A stretch of 64,000 nucleotides of DNA from Candidatus Deferrimicrobiaceae bacterium. Lineage in GTDB: Bacteria; Desulfobacterota; Deferrimicrobia; Deferrimicrobiales; Deferrimicrobiaceae. The DNA is taken from assembly GCA_963792415.1 (NCBI GenBank), contig CAWBVY010000004.1:642572-706571 (forward strand), written 5' to 3'. A program made the translations under genes and the position numbers. The notes beneath the pieces were generated by a model that was given only the letters and a program-made list of their open reading frames with translations, was not told the DNA's origin and searched no databases. Positions 37,555 to 47,879 of the stretch are shown one piece after another (the first letter of the stretch is position 1; the number at the start of each line of letters is the position of its first letter).

Positions 37555-39252
37555 TCACGAAAGGATCGGAGCGAAATGCCGCTTCATGAGCCGATCTCTC
37601 GCTCCCTCCGAAATGACCACCAGCATCTGGTCTCCGGCCTGAAGCTGGAAGTCCGTGTCGGGCAGGTAGGTCCTGCCTTCGCGGAAGGCCGCCAGGATCT
37701 CCACCTGGCTGTCGAGTTCGGGGGGCGGATGGGACGAAATCCCCATCCCCGCAAACGGGCTTTCCGGCCGGATCACCCCGAGGAGCAGCTGCTTCCCCCC
37801 CGGCAAGGTCACCGGGATCCCCGATGCGAGAAGCCCCTTCAGCGTCGCTGCCTCCGTTCCGGCGGGAAGCGTTCCCGGCTGTTCGCCGGCCAGACGGAGA
37901 GCGGAGTTCAGGTGCTCCATCCGGTGGGCGGGGGAATCGGCCCTGCCGGGCACCTGCGCCTCGTAGAGGCGATGGTATTTCAGCGACCCGGAGAGGGCGA
38001 CCTGGGTGATGTAGCTCAGTATCACGCTCAGGGCGGCGGGGACGAGAATCTGGTATCCCCCCGTCATCTCCGCGACCATCAGCATCGTGGCCATGGGAAC
38101 GCGCGCCGCCCCGCTGAAGACGGCCGCCATCCCCACGATGACCATGGCGGCCGGAGGCTGGTGGAACAGGTCCGCCATGGCGCCTCCCAGCATCGCGCCG
38201 ACGAACAGGGTAGGCGCGAAAACCCCGCCGGAGCCGCCGGAAGAAACCGTCAGGGAGAGGGCGAGGATCTTGGCGAAGGTCAGCAGGAGCAGCAGTTTCA
38301 GCGACAGCGACCCGTCGATGGCCTTCTGGATCCAGCCGTATCCGCCCCCCAGCACCTGGGGGAGCCAGAGGGCCAGAAGGCCGATCCCCAAGCCTCCGAT
38401 CGCAGGCTTGATATGGGGGGGAACCGGCAGCGCGGCGAAGAGGTCCCGCATCCGGTAGAAGACCACGGGCAGGAGGGTACCGACCGCCCCCGCCACGATG
38501 CCCAGTAGAACGAACCAGCCATATCCGGTGAAGCCGGGGACCTCGAGATTCGAGGGAACGCGGAAGAGAGGCAGATACCCAACGAAAAGGCCGTTCACCG
38601 CGTACGCCACCACCGCCCCCAGCATGGTGTAGAGAAGGGCGCCGGCGTCGAACTCCATGTCGCTGTAGAGCACTTCGATGGCGAAGAGGGCGGTTCCGAT
38701 GGGCGAGCGGAAGATCGCCGCGAGCCCGGCCGCCATGCCGATCAGGACGAGCAGCCGCCGCTCCCTGTCCGATCGGTGCTCGAGGGTTCCGTAGAGGGAG
38801 GCGACCCCCGCGCTGATGAGGGCCGTGGGCCCTTCCCTCCCCGCGGAACCGCCGGACCCGATCGTGATCGCCGAGGCGATCATCTTGAGCGGAGGCACCC
38901 GGGCCCGGAGGTATCCCCCCGCCCGGTGGAAGGCCTTCACGGCGGTATCCGTCCCGTGCCCCTCGGCCTCGGGGGCGAGGCTGTAGATGAAAACTCCGGA
39001 CAGCAGCCCTCCCAGGGTGGTGACGATCGGGATCCACCAGAGCCCGTGCGCCCCGATGGTCTCCTTCAGGGTGCCGCCTTCCTCGGGCAGCATGGGGGGC
39101 AGATACCCCGCGATGCCTTCCAGCAGAAGCTGCTGCGCCACCCCCAGCATCCACAGGAACAGCTGGGCGCTCAGCGCGCCGACCACCCCGAGCAGCACGG
39201 TGTCCAGGAGCATCCGCCGCTGCATCCGTGGAGAGTCGGTTGCCCTGACCAT
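37555..39252 (-). CDS. CLC chloride/proton antiporter family protein with C-terminal TrkA-C-like domain
   Basis: GHGTD, GREGPT and GSGGVFAP signatures; multiple TM helices. Confidence 0.9.
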   Translation of the reverse strand: MVRATDSPRMQRRMLLDTVLLGVVGALSAQLFLWMLGVAQQLLLEGIAGYLPPMLPEEGGTLKETIGAHGLWWIPIVTTLGGLLSGVFIYSLAPEAEGHGTDTAVKAFHRAGGYLRARVPPLKMIASAITIGSGGSAGREGPTALISAGVASLYGTLEHRSDRERRLLVLIGMAAGLAAIFRSPIGTALFAIEVLYSDMEFDAGALLYTMLGAVVAYAVNGLFVGYLPLFRVPSNLEVPGFTGYGWFVLLGIVAGAVGTLLPVVFYRMRDLFAALPVPPHIKPAIGGLGIGLLALWLPQVLGGGYGWIQKAIDGSLSLKLLLLLTFAKILALSLTVSSGGSGGVFAPTLFVGAMLGGAMADLFHQPPAAMVIVGMAAVFSGAARVPMATMLMVAEMTGGYQILVPAALSVILSYITQVALSGSLKYHRLYEAQVPGRADSPAHRMEHLNSALRLAGEQPGTLPAGTEAATLKGLLASGIPVTLPGGKQLLLGVIRPESPFAGMGISSHPPPELDSQVEILAAFREGRTYLPDTDFQLQAGDQMLVVISEGARDRLMKRHFAPILS

Positions 39253-39448
39253 TCCCTGGGGTCCTCCCCGGTATCTCTATCGGATTCAGGACTATATTGC
39301 CGTCGGGGCGCTGTCAAGCGCCGGCACCCGGCGGTCCTGAAACGGAGGATCCGTGTCGAGCATATGTGAAAAACAAATAACAATTTACGTTGGAAGAGTC
39401 CTCATGATAATCTCGACGAAATCAGTCAATCCCAAAGGAGGACCAGGC

Positions 39449-40423
39449 ATGAGAAAGCATATCTCGTGGTGCTTCGCGCTCGCGGCAATCGTTGCGGTTG
39501 CGGTTCTGCTGCCGATCACACCCGTAATGGCGGCGGACTATCCGGACAAGCCGCTCACCTACATCGTCTGCTTCAACCCCGGGGGCGAGACCGACATCAC
39601 GGCCCGCATCCAGGAGCCGGTGCTGAAGAAGTATTACAAGGAGGGGGTGGTCATCACCTACAAGATCGGCGGCGGCGGCTCCGTGGGCTGGGCGGAACTG
39701 ACCCGCAGCAAGCCCGACGGCTACACCCTGGCGGGCCACAACCTTCCGCACATCATCCTGCAGCCGATGCTGCGCGGCAACGCCGGGTACGAAACGCTCG
39801 GAATGAAACAGGTCTACATCTTCGAAAGCACCCCCAACATCCTGGTCGTCCGGAGCGACAGCCCGTACAAGACCCTGAAGGATTTCATCGCCGCGGCCAA
39901 GGCGAAGCCGGGTACCATTACACTGGGCGGGAGCGGCAGCAACACCGCCAACAACCTGGGAGCCATCATGCTGGACAAGGCCGCGGGGATCAAGACGATC
40001 TACATTCCGTTCACGGGGTCCGGCCCGGTGGTCCCGGCGCTCCTGGGCGGGCACGTCACGGGGCTCATGACGTATTCCACGATGGCGGTCCAGCAGAGGG
40101 AGAAGTTCCGCGCGCTCGCCATCATGTCCGAGGAGCGGATGGCCGTGCTTCCCGACGTCCCCACGTTCAAGGAGCTGGGGTTCGACCTGGTCGAGGGGGC
40201 GTACCGCGGCGTGGCGGCCCCTCCGGGGACCCCGGACGACATCGTGGAGAAGGCGGCGGCCATCTATGAAAAGGTGATGCAGGACCCGGGCGTCATCAAG
40301 AAGATGGACGAGAACGGGTTCAAGATCGAGCGGATGGGGCCGTCGGCCTCAACCGCACTGGTCATTAAGAGAATGGCCCTGTACGAGAATATGATGAGGG
40401 AGATGGGGCTCCTCAAGAAGTAG
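39449..40423 (+). CDS. tctC: Tripartite tricarboxylate transporter substrate-binding protein
   Basis: Signal peptide, YPDKP, PGGETD, KPDGYTL and LPDVPTFKELG. Confidence 0.9.
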   Translation: MRKHISWCFALAAIVAVAVLLPITPVMAADYPDKPLTYIVCFNPGGETDITARIQEPVLKKYYKEGVVITYKIGGGGSVGWAELTRSKPDGYTLAGHNLPHIILQPMLRGNAGYETLGMKQVYIFESTPNILVVRSDSPYKTLKDFIAAAKAKPGTITLGGSGSNTANNLGAIMLDKAAGIKTIYIPFTGSGPVVPALLGGHVTGLMTYSTMAVQQREKFRALAIMSEERMAVLPDVPTFKELGFDLVEGAYRGVAAPPGTPDDIVEKAAAIYEKVMQDPGVIKKMDENGFKIERMGPSASTALVIKRMALYENMMREMGLLKK

Positions 40424-40508
40424 CGCGCGTACCTACGCACCACCCGGCACCCCGCCGGCGCTTTTCGACCGGCGGGGTGCCTTATGTTGAGCAGGGAGGA
40501 GAACGACG

Positions 40509-42041
40509 TTGCTGGAACACCTCTGGATAGGCCTCCAGAACGTGCTGATGGTCAAGAACCTTCTCCTGATCGTCGCGGGAACCGTGGCGGGGATGGTCAT
40601 GGGGGCCCTTCCCGGCCTCACCGCGACGATGGCCGTCGCGCTCCTGGTCCCGTTCACCTATACGATGAGCGCCGCCAGCGGCCTGACCCTCCTGGGGGCC
40701 ATCTACATGGGGTGCATCTACGGAGGGGCGTTCAGCGCCATCCTGATCAACACCCCCGGCACGCCGAGCTCCATCGGGACCACCTTCGACGGGTACCCGA
40801 TGGCGCGGCAGGGACGGGGTGAAGAGGCGATCATCGGGGCCACGGTCGGCTCCGCCATCGGGGGGATCTTCGGGGTGGTCGCCCTCATCTTCCTGGCCCC
40901 GCCCCTGGCCGATATCGCCCTCCGGTTCGGCCCCGCGGAATATTTCTGGGTGGGCGTCTTCGGATTGACCATCATCTCGAGCCTGTCGGCCGGGTCCTTC
41001 CTCAAGGGGGTCGTCGGTGCGACGTTCGGTGTCCTCGTCTCCACCATCGGCATCGCGCCGATCGGTGGGGACGTGCGGTTCACCTTCGGGTCTCCCGCCA
41101 TGCAGGGCGGCGTGGACCTGATCGTCATCCTCATCGGGCTGTTCTGCATTCCCGAGCTGCTGAACATCGTATCGAAGGGGATCGGCGGGCACACGGCGGT
41201 GGAGTACGTGCGCACGAAAGGGGTTCTCTGGGAGACGACGAAGAAGGTCCTTGTCCAGAGGGCAAACCTCCTGCGCTCCAGCCTCCTCGGGACGTTCATC
41301 GGCATCCTGCCGGGGGCGGGGGGGAACATCGCGAACCTCGTCGCCTACAACGAGGCGAAGCGCGCCTCGAAGACCCCGGAGAAATTCGGCACGGGCCACC
41401 TGGAAGGCGTCGTCGCGACCGAGACGGCCAACAACGCGGTGGTGGGGGGCGGCATCATCCCGCTGGTCACCCTGGGGATCCCCGGCGCCCCGCCGGACGC
41501 GGTCATCTACGGCGTTCTCATGCTGCAGGGGCTGCGCCCGGGTCCCGAGCTCTTCGCGGAGCGGGCGGACATCACGTATACGTTCATGCTGGCGCTCGGC
41601 GTGGCCGCCATGGTGATGGTCCCCATCGGGATCTACGGCGGGCGGCTCCTCACCCGTTTCGTGTCGAAGCTCCCCACGCGGTACCTGGTGCCCGGGATCG
41701 GCATCCTGACGATCATCGGCTCCTACGCGATCCGGAACAACTTCACCGACGTGATCCTGATGCTCGGCTTCGGGATCGTGGGATATGCCCTCCGGACCCT
41801 GGGGTTCCATGCCGCGCCCATCGTGCTCGGGCTCATCCTCGGCCCCATCATGGAAACCGGCCTGGTGCAGGCCTACCTCACGGGGCAGGGGTATTCGTGG
41901 CCCTGGCTCGCGCTGTTCATCAACCCGATCACCTGGGTGCTGATCGCGATGTCATTATTCTCCTTCCTGTGGCCGTACTTCGGTTTCGTCAAGCGGATGT
42001 TCCGGAAACCGGAAGGGTTGGGTTCCGGAAACGGTGAATAG
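40509..42041 (+). CDS. tctA: Tripartite tricarboxylate transporter large permease
   Basis: GALPGLTATM, LINTPGTPSS, GILPGAG, ETANNA and TLGIPG. Confidence 0.92.
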   Translation: MLEHLWIGLQNVLMVKNLLLIVAGTVAGMVMGALPGLTATMAVALLVPFTYTMSAASGLTLLGAIYMGCIYGGAFSAILINTPGTPSSIGTTFDGYPMARQGRGEEAIIGATVGSAIGGIFGVVALIFLAPPLADIALRFGPAEYFWVGVFGLTIISSLSAGSFLKGVVGATFGVLVSTIGIAPIGGDVRFTFGSPAMQGGVDLIVILIGLFCIPELLNIVSKGIGGHTAVEYVRTKGVLWETTKKVLVQRANLLRSSLLGTFIGILPGAGGNIANLVAYNEAKRASKTPEKFGTGHLEGVVATETANNAVVGGGIIPLVTLGIPGAPPDAVIYGVLMLQGLRPGPELFAERADITYTFMLALGVAAMVMVPIGIYGGRLLTRFVSKLPTRYLVPGIGILTIIGSYAIRNNFTDVILMLGFGIVGYALRTLGFHAAPIVLGLILGPIMETGLVQAYLTGQGYSWPWLALFINPITWVLIAMSLFSFLWPYFGFVKRMFRKPEGLGSGNGE

Positions 42042-42053
42042 GAGGCCGGAAGG

Positions 42054-42524
42054 ATGAAGGCGAGCACGCGGGACCGCCTGGGATCGATTCTCATGCTGGC
42101 GTTCGTCGCCTCGCTCTGGGCGCAGCGCGACTACATGACGCCGTTCGGGGGGATCTTTCCCGACATCGTCATGGTGATCATGGCGGGGATCCTGGTGGTG
42201 ACCCTGGTCCTCTCCTTTACGAAGTACGCGGCCATGAAGGAGGAAGGGGGGAAGAAGAAGGAGGGCGGGAAGGCCCACTGGAAGGACATGGCCGTCGTGG
42301 GCGGCATCCTGGTCGCCTGGGTCGTACTGCTTCGGTACCTGGGGTTCGCCCTCACCGGCATCCTGGGGTTCGGGGGGATCTCCTGGTACCTGGGAGGGAT
42401 GCGGAGGGACGTCAAGGATGCCGGCCGATGCCTCCTGATCGGGATGGCCATCGTCTTCGTGATGGTGCTGGTCTTCCAGCGCCTGTTGGAGGTTCAGCTG
42501 CCGCCCGGCAGCCTTTTCGACTGA
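42054..42524 (+). CDS. tctB: Tripartite tricarboxylate transporter small membrane protein
   Basis: Four TM helices, LGF motif and C-terminal VQLP; follows tctA. Confidence 0.8.
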   Translation: MKASTRDRLGSILMLAFVASLWAQRDYMTPFGGIFPDIVMVIMAGILVVTLVLSFTKYAAMKEEGGKKKEGGKAHWKDMAVVGGILVAWVVLLRYLGFALTGILGFGGISWYLGGMRRDVKDAGRCLLIGMAIVFVMVLVFQRLLEVQLPPGSLFD

Positions 42525-42581
42525 CGGCCGTCGCCGACCCGGCGGCACCTTAGCTGGCAGATCCGAAGGAGGGCACATCCG

Positions 42582-42668
42582 ATGAAAGAGCTCCGCCTGG
42601 CGCTGGTGAAGAAGAAGACCGTCGAATACGAAGCGATCATGAAGGAACTGGGTAGAGTGAAAAAGTAG
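42582..42668 (+). pseudogene. 28-aa remnant resembling a TctC C-terminus
   Basis: GAAGGAGG RBS then MKELRLALVKKKTVEYEAIMKELGRVKK*; compare the TctC end ALVIKRMALYENMMREMGLLKK*. Confidence 0.6.
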
Positions 42669-42751
42669 GGGACACGGGAAAAGAGGATCGGGACGGAGGC
42701 CCCTCTCCCTTCGAAAGGAGAGGGGCATTTATCTTCGAAAAGGGCGAAAAG

Positions 42752-43861
42752 ATGACTACGCGCATTTCCGAGGTAAGAACCGAGTTGTTGCGCATGCCTT
42801 TGCCTCGCCCGATGCAATCGGGTTCGTCCAGTGGCAATAAAGGCGGCCCGGTCAGTCACATCAACATGCCGATCGTCTTCATTACAACGGAAGACGGGAC
42901 CCGAGGGCTCGGGTATTCATGGAGCCTGCTGGGCGGCGCTACGGCCACTCGCTGTGTGCTCAGGGACGATATGGCGCCCCTGTTGATCGGCGAGGACGCT
43001 CTCGACCACGAACGCTTGTGGCACAAACTTTACAAACGACTGCAGTCGGTAGGCCGTCATGGGCTGGTAACCCAGGCGCAGGCGGCGGTCGATCTGGCTC
43101 TGTGGGACATCAAGGGGAAGATATCCGGGTTGCCGGTGTACAAGCTTCTGGGCGGCCGCCGCGAAAGCGCCCCCGTCTACGGCTCGGACGGCGGGTGGTT
43201 GTACATGAGCGTGCCCGAGATGACGGCGGCGTTCGAAGGGTACCTCGAACAGGGGATGATGGGCGTCAAGATGAAGATCGGCCATGAAAATCCCAAGGTA
43301 GACATCCAGCGGGTCCGCGAGGTCCGCAAGATCCTGGGAGATGATGTCTGGATCGCCGTCGACGCCAACCAGAAATGGGATTTCCCGACGGCGATGTGGG
43401 TGGGCCGCGAACTGGAACAGTTGGGCGTCGCATGGTTCGAAGAGCCGTTGTTATGCGAGGATATTCCCGGTCACGCCCGGCTCGCGGCCGCATTGGACAT
43501 TCCCATCGCCATGGGGGAAACGTTGGGGTCGCGCTTCGAATTCGACGCGTATCTGCGGGCCGGTGCGGTCGATATTCTGCAACCGGATATCGTTCGGGTC
43601 GGCGGGATCACCGAAATGGTCAAGGTGGTCACCCTGGCGGATGCCGCCCAACTGCCAGTGGCGCCGCACCACATGATGGAAAGCACGATCCAGGTCGCCT
43701 GCGGCGTCATGGGATCCGGCCCCATCGAGTACATGCCCTGGGTGGCGGGCGCGTTCGCGGAGCCGGTGCAGATCAGGAACGGCAATATGATCCCGCCGCA
43801 AAAACCGGGGCTGGGGCTGGAGATTCCCGACGAAATTATTCAACGGTTCCGTGTCGAGTGA
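42752..43861 (+). CDS. Mandelate racemase/muconate lactonizing (enolase superfamily) enzyme
   Basis: AAVDLALWDIKGK, KMK, VDANQ, WFEEP, MGE, QPD and APH. Confidence 0.9.
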   Translation: MTTRISEVRTELLRMPLPRPMQSGSSSGNKGGPVSHINMPIVFITTEDGTRGLGYSWSLLGGATATRCVLRDDMAPLLIGEDALDHERLWHKLYKRLQSVGRHGLVTQAQAAVDLALWDIKGKISGLPVYKLLGGRRESAPVYGSDGGWLYMSVPEMTAAFEGYLEQGMMGVKMKIGHENPKVDIQRVREVRKILGDDVWIAVDANQKWDFPTAMWVGRELEQLGVAWFEEPLLCEDIPGHARLAAALDIPIAMGETLGSRFEFDAYLRAGAVDILQPDIVRVGGITEMVKVVTLADAAQLPVAPHHMMESTIQVACGVMGSGPIEYMPWVAGAFAEPVQIRNGNMIPPQKPGLGLEIPDEIIQRFRVE

Positions 43862-43891
43862 CTCCGTACTTCACCATCAAGGAGACAGGAA

Positions 43892-44968
43892 ATGACAACC
43901 GTGAATGAACACAAGATAGCGGTCATCATGGGGGATGGGATCGGCAAGGAAGTGGTGCCCGAGGGGATGAACGTGCTGGATGTCGCCGGGGAGAGATTCG
44001 GTTTCAAGCTCGCGTGGACGCAGTTCCCCTGGAGTTGCGAACATTACCACACCACCGGGGAGATGATGCCGAAAGACGGGCTGGAGATCCTGAAAGCGTA
44101 CGAAGCGATCTTCCTTGGCGCGGTCGGTTACCCCGGCGTCCCGGACCATGTTTCCCTGTGGGGGCTTCTCGTTCCCATCAGGAGGGGCTTCGAGCAGTAC
44201 GCGAACATAAGGCCCGCGAAAACAATGAAAGGGATCTCAAGCCCCCTGCGGAATATCGAAGGGGGAAAAATCGATATCCTCGTGGTGAGGGAGAACACCG
44301 AGGGCGAGTATTCGAACGTCGGCGGAAGGATGTTCGAGGGGACCGAGCACGAATTCGTGGTCCAGGAATCGGTTTTCACCCGAAGAGGCGTCGGGAACGT
44401 GATGAGGTACGCCTTCAACGAAGCCCGGAAGAGGGAAAAGAAACACGTCACTTCCGCCACGAAGTCGAACGGGATCAGCATCACCATGCCCTACTGGGAT
44501 GAGATGTTCAGGGAAATCGCGAAAGAGTATCCGGACGTGAAATCCGACCAGTACCATGTCGATTCCCTGTGCGCCACGCTCGTTGCGCACCCTGAAAGAT
44601 TCGACGTGGTGGTGGCGAGCAACCTGTTCGGGGACATCGTCTCCGACCTGGCCCCGGCGCTTACGGGCAGCCTCGGCGTCGCACCGTCGGCCAGCCTGAA
44701 CCCCGAGCGCAGATTCCCTTCCACGTTCGAACCGGTCCACGGTTCGGCCCCCGATATCTACGGCAAGGGGATCGCGAACCCGATCGGCCAGATCCTCACC
44801 GGGGCGATGATGATCGATCATCTGGGATATCCCGAAGCGGCAGGAACGATAGAAAAGGCCGTGGAAGTCGCAGTGGCGGACCGAATGATAAGAACACGGG
44901 ATCTGGGCGGCGAGGCGTCGACGCAGCAGATGGGGAAAGCCATCGCCGAACTGGTTGCGACATTGTAG
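43892..44968 (+). CDS. Tartrate dehydrogenase/decarboxylase (D-malate dehydrogenase family)
   Basis: GDGIGKEV, VPDHVSLWGLL, RENTEGEY, TSATKSNGISITMPYWD, SNLFGDI and FEPVHGSAPDI. Confidence 0.9.
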   Translation: MTTVNEHKIAVIMGDGIGKEVVPEGMNVLDVAGERFGFKLAWTQFPWSCEHYHTTGEMMPKDGLEILKAYEAIFLGAVGYPGVPDHVSLWGLLVPIRRGFEQYANIRPAKTMKGISSPLRNIEGGKIDILVVRENTEGEYSNVGGRMFEGTEHEFVVQESVFTRRGVGNVMRYAFNEARKREKKHVTSATKSNGISITMPYWDEMFREIAKEYPDVKSDQYHVDSLCATLVAHPERFDVVVASNLFGDIVSDLAPALTGSLGVAPSASLNPERRFPSTFEPVHGSAPDIYGKGIANPIGQILTGAMMIDHLGYPEAAGTIEKAVEVAVADRMIRTRDLGGEASTQQMGKAIAELVATL

Positions 44969-45034
44969 TAGCGACCGGATACGGTAACTTTCAGGTCGAA
45001 AACATCGAACAAGGGTTCGGCCCGGCCGCGAACA

Positions 45035-45605
45035 TCAACACGAAAGGGAAGGTCCCTCCGTGGGGAGGATCAAGGCGAACCCGTCCCTCCGGTGGAAGTC
45101 CGGCCGGGAGGCGGGATGGAGCGAGCGCCCAGTGGCTTTTCCCTCCGTCGGTCGTCCCGATCACCGCGGCGACGCTGGCCGCAAGGTCCTTGCCCGCGGG
45201 GAGCGATCGTGCCGACGACCGATCTCCGCGGCGAGGAGGAGCGCCTCCGGGTCCATTCGGACGTCGAAGGGCAAGTGACGTGACGGCCGTCTCCTCCCGC
45301 ATCCCCTCCCGGTAGCTTGTGAACCGATAGACGTTCCAGTGCCCGGACGGCGAGAGGTTGAACTCCCAGTACTCCCCGGAACCCTCCGTCCCGAGAAACA
45401 GTTCGAGGCAGGTCTCCTCCCACAACCGGTCCCGCCTTCGGGGCGCATCCGCGGCGGCGGGAATCAGGACCTTCGACAGGTTCCCCCGGACCTCGCAGAG
45501 GACCGACAAGGTATCCGCGCGACGCCCGATCGACCCCCCGATCGTGAGGCCGGCCGGGTTCCCTTCCCCCGGGAACGGCTTCAGAAGAAATCGCATGGGA
45601 TTCAT
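45035..45605 (-). pseudogene. DOMON-like domain protein, frameshifted (pseudogene or sequence error)
   Basis: LWEETCLELF and YWEFNLSPSGHW in frame. The C-terminal HWALA-HPASRPDFH is recovered only after removing single extra bases near 45275, 45217, 45205 and 45119. Confidence 0.65.
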
Positions 45606-45681
45606 CGGCGGAACCTCAGACTCCGGGCTCGCGGGGGGGCTCCCACTCCGCTGCGCCCTACGTCCCCGTGGCCGTATTTAC

Positions 45682-46878
45682 TTATTCGTACCGGAGGTGA
45701 AGCGCCCTTCGCCGGAGGAACGCCCGCTCCTCGCGTGCCCACTCCGGGGCGAGGTCGCGCCACCCCCGGCCCCGTTCGATCGCCTCCCGCTCCCGGGACG
45801 ATCCGCACAGCAGGTCGAACGCCGGGATCCCCTCGACGAATTCGTACGCTTTTGTCCGCCACCGGAACCGTTCCGGGTCCTGCGCGCGCGCCGCGGCGAC
45901 GCACGCCACGCCGGTGCGGAAGGGGCGGAACGCCTCGCGGTCGACGACGAAGAGTTCGACGCCGTGGCAGCGCTTCCCGGCGTGCTTGTCCCACGTCGGC
46001 ACGAAGCGGACCGGCCGGAACCGGACCCCCGGCAGACGTTCGGCCGCAAGCGCTTCCGACAGGGAGTCGGCGTCGAGCCAGGGCGCGCCGAACAGTTCGA
46101 ACGGCCGCGTGGTCCCCCGCCCCTCGCTCAGGTTCGTCCCCTCCAGGAGGCACATCCCGGGATAGACGAGCGCGGTCTCCGGCGTCGGCATGTTGGGCGA
46201 CGGAAAGACCCACGGGAGCCGCGTGTCCCGCTGGAACATCTCCCGCCGCCAGCCGCGGCAGGGGATCACCGTGAGCGCGAGGTCGAGTTTCCGCTCCCCC
46301 CGGTAGAGGGCCGCGAGTTCGCCGACGGTGAGACCGTGGCGGACGGCCACGTCGTGCACGCCGCAGAAACTTCCGAAGCCGGGGCGGAGCGCCGGCCCTT
46401 CCACGTGCCGCCCTCCGATCGGGTTCGGCCGGTCGAGAACGAAGAAGGCGAGCTTCGCGTGCGCGGCGGCCTCCATGCAGAAGAGCATGGTGGACTGGTA
46501 CGTGTAATAGCGCGCGCCGACGTCCTGGATGTCGAAGACGAGCGCGTCGAGCCCGCGCAGCGCAGCCCCCGCCGGCCGAAGCGAGCCTGCGCCGCTTCCG
46601 TACAGCGAGTGGACAGGGACGCCGATCTTCCGGTCTCGCCCCCCCCGCGCGGCGGCCATGTACTGGACCTCCCCGCGGACGCCGTGTTCCGGCCCGAAGA
46701 GGGCGGCGAGCCGGACGCCCCGCGTCTCGTGGAGCAGGTCCGCGGCGTGACGAAGGCCCCGGTCCACCGCCGTGGGGTTGCAGACGAGTCCCACCGCAAG
46801 CCCCCGCAGCGGGGCGAAGCGCTCCCCGACGAGCACGTCGAGGCCGGTCCGGACCCTCTTCGTGCGATGCCTGGCCAT
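45682..46878 (-). CDS. DUF1343 / NamZ-like exo-beta-N-acetylmuramidase
   Basis: LFGPEHG, FDIQDVGARYYTY, LDRPNP, PSPNMPT and NLSEGRGTTRPFE. Confidence 0.9.
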   Translation of the reverse strand: MARHRTKRVRTGLDVLVGERFAPLRGLAVGLVCNPTAVDRGLRHAADLLHETRGVRLAALFGPEHGVRGEVQYMAAARGGRDRKIGVPVHSLYGSGAGSLRPAGAALRGLDALVFDIQDVGARYYTYQSTMLFCMEAAAHAKLAFFVLDRPNPIGGRHVEGPALRPGFGSFCGVHDVAVRHGLTVGELAALYRGERKLDLALTVIPCRGWRREMFQRDTRLPWVFPSPNMPTPETALVYPGMCLLEGTNLSEGRGTTRPFELFGAPWLDADSLSEALAAERLPGVRFRPVRFVPTWDKHAGKRCHGVELFVVDREAFRPFRTGVACVAAARAQDPERFRWRTKAYEFVEGIPAFDLLCGSSREREAIERGRGWRDLAPEWAREERAFLRRRALHLRYE

Positions 46879-47139
46879 CGGGCCCGCGTCTCCCATAATC
46901 GGGGAAGATATCACAACTCGTTCCGAGCGTTAGGAAATTCCCGGAAACCCCCTTCCACGGCGCGCGTCGAAAACATGACGGTACAGTGGAAAATATCAAA
47001 AGAACTCATGCCAATTAACTGTTTGTTTGATAAGGATGTTTTTCCATCGGTCCTTCATGTTTCATGAAATTTATTGACTTCCGCTTTTTCGAAGATACCA
47101 TGATACAAGTTCGATTCTTCTCCCCGGGGGTTCCCTGCA

Positions 47140-47796
47140 ATGGCCAAGCTGGTTCCCGTCAACCTGAGCGAACGCGCCTACCTCAAGATGAAAAAGATGA
47201 TTTCGGACGACCGGTTCTCCCCCGGCAGCCGCCTCAACGTGGAGCAGCTGGCGCGCGACCTCGGAACCAGCCGGACCCCGATCTGGGAAGCCGTGCGGCG
47301 CCTGGAGCAGGAAGGGCTCGTGAAGAACATCCCGAACCGCGGGGTCTTCCTTGTGGAGTTGACGCGCGAGGCCGCCATCGAGCTGTACGCGGTCCGGGAA
47401 GTTCTCGAGGGAATGGCCGCCCGCCTCGCCGTGCAGCGGATCACCGACAAGGCGCTCGAGAAGATGGAGAGGCTGATCCGGGAACAGGAGAAGATCGTGG
47501 CGGAGGACGACCCCGTCGCGTACTCCAATTCCAACCTCGAGTTCCACGATTTCATCTACGGGGCCTGCGGCAACAGGACCCTTCGCGAAATGCTGGAAAG
47601 CATCAAGGAGAAAGTCCGTCCGATCGCCATGCGGATCTCGCCGATCCTGACGGACCTGTTCCACGACCACCAGAGGATCGCTCGCACCCTGCGCCAGCGC
47701 GATCCCCTCCTCGCCGAGATGGCGTTCCGTGAGCACAACCAAAGGGTCCTGAACCAGTTGAAAGGTGAGGATTTCGGCCGGCGAATCCACGTCTGA
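47140..47796 (+). CDS. GntR family regulator (FCD domain)
   Basis: wHTH LARDLGTSRTPIWEA...EGLV, and FCD with NLEFH, DHQRI and EH. Confidence 0.92.
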   Translation: MAKLVPVNLSERAYLKMKKMISDDRFSPGSRLNVEQLARDLGTSRTPIWEAVRRLEQEGLVKNIPNRGVFLVELTREAAIELYAVREVLEGMAARLAVQRITDKALEKMERLIREQEKIVAEDDPVAYSNSNLEFHDFIYGACGNRTLREMLESIKEKVRPIAMRISPILTDLFHDHQRIARTLRQRDPLLAEMAFREHNQRVLNQLKGEDFGRRIHV

Positions 47797-47879
47797 CCGT
47801 TTGCAGGAAACCTTCTTTCCCGGCGTGCGTCAAAATTGTGGATAGCGGAACACAATCTTCCACGAAAAAGGAGTCCGCC

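Noticed and set aside
46990-47020. Sigma54 promoter (TGGCATG on the minus strand)
   Set aside because: No TTGC at the -12 position.
36879-47100. Integrative element or prophage at ssrA
   Set aside because: No integrase, phage genes or duplicated tmRNA 3' end (attR) found by eye.
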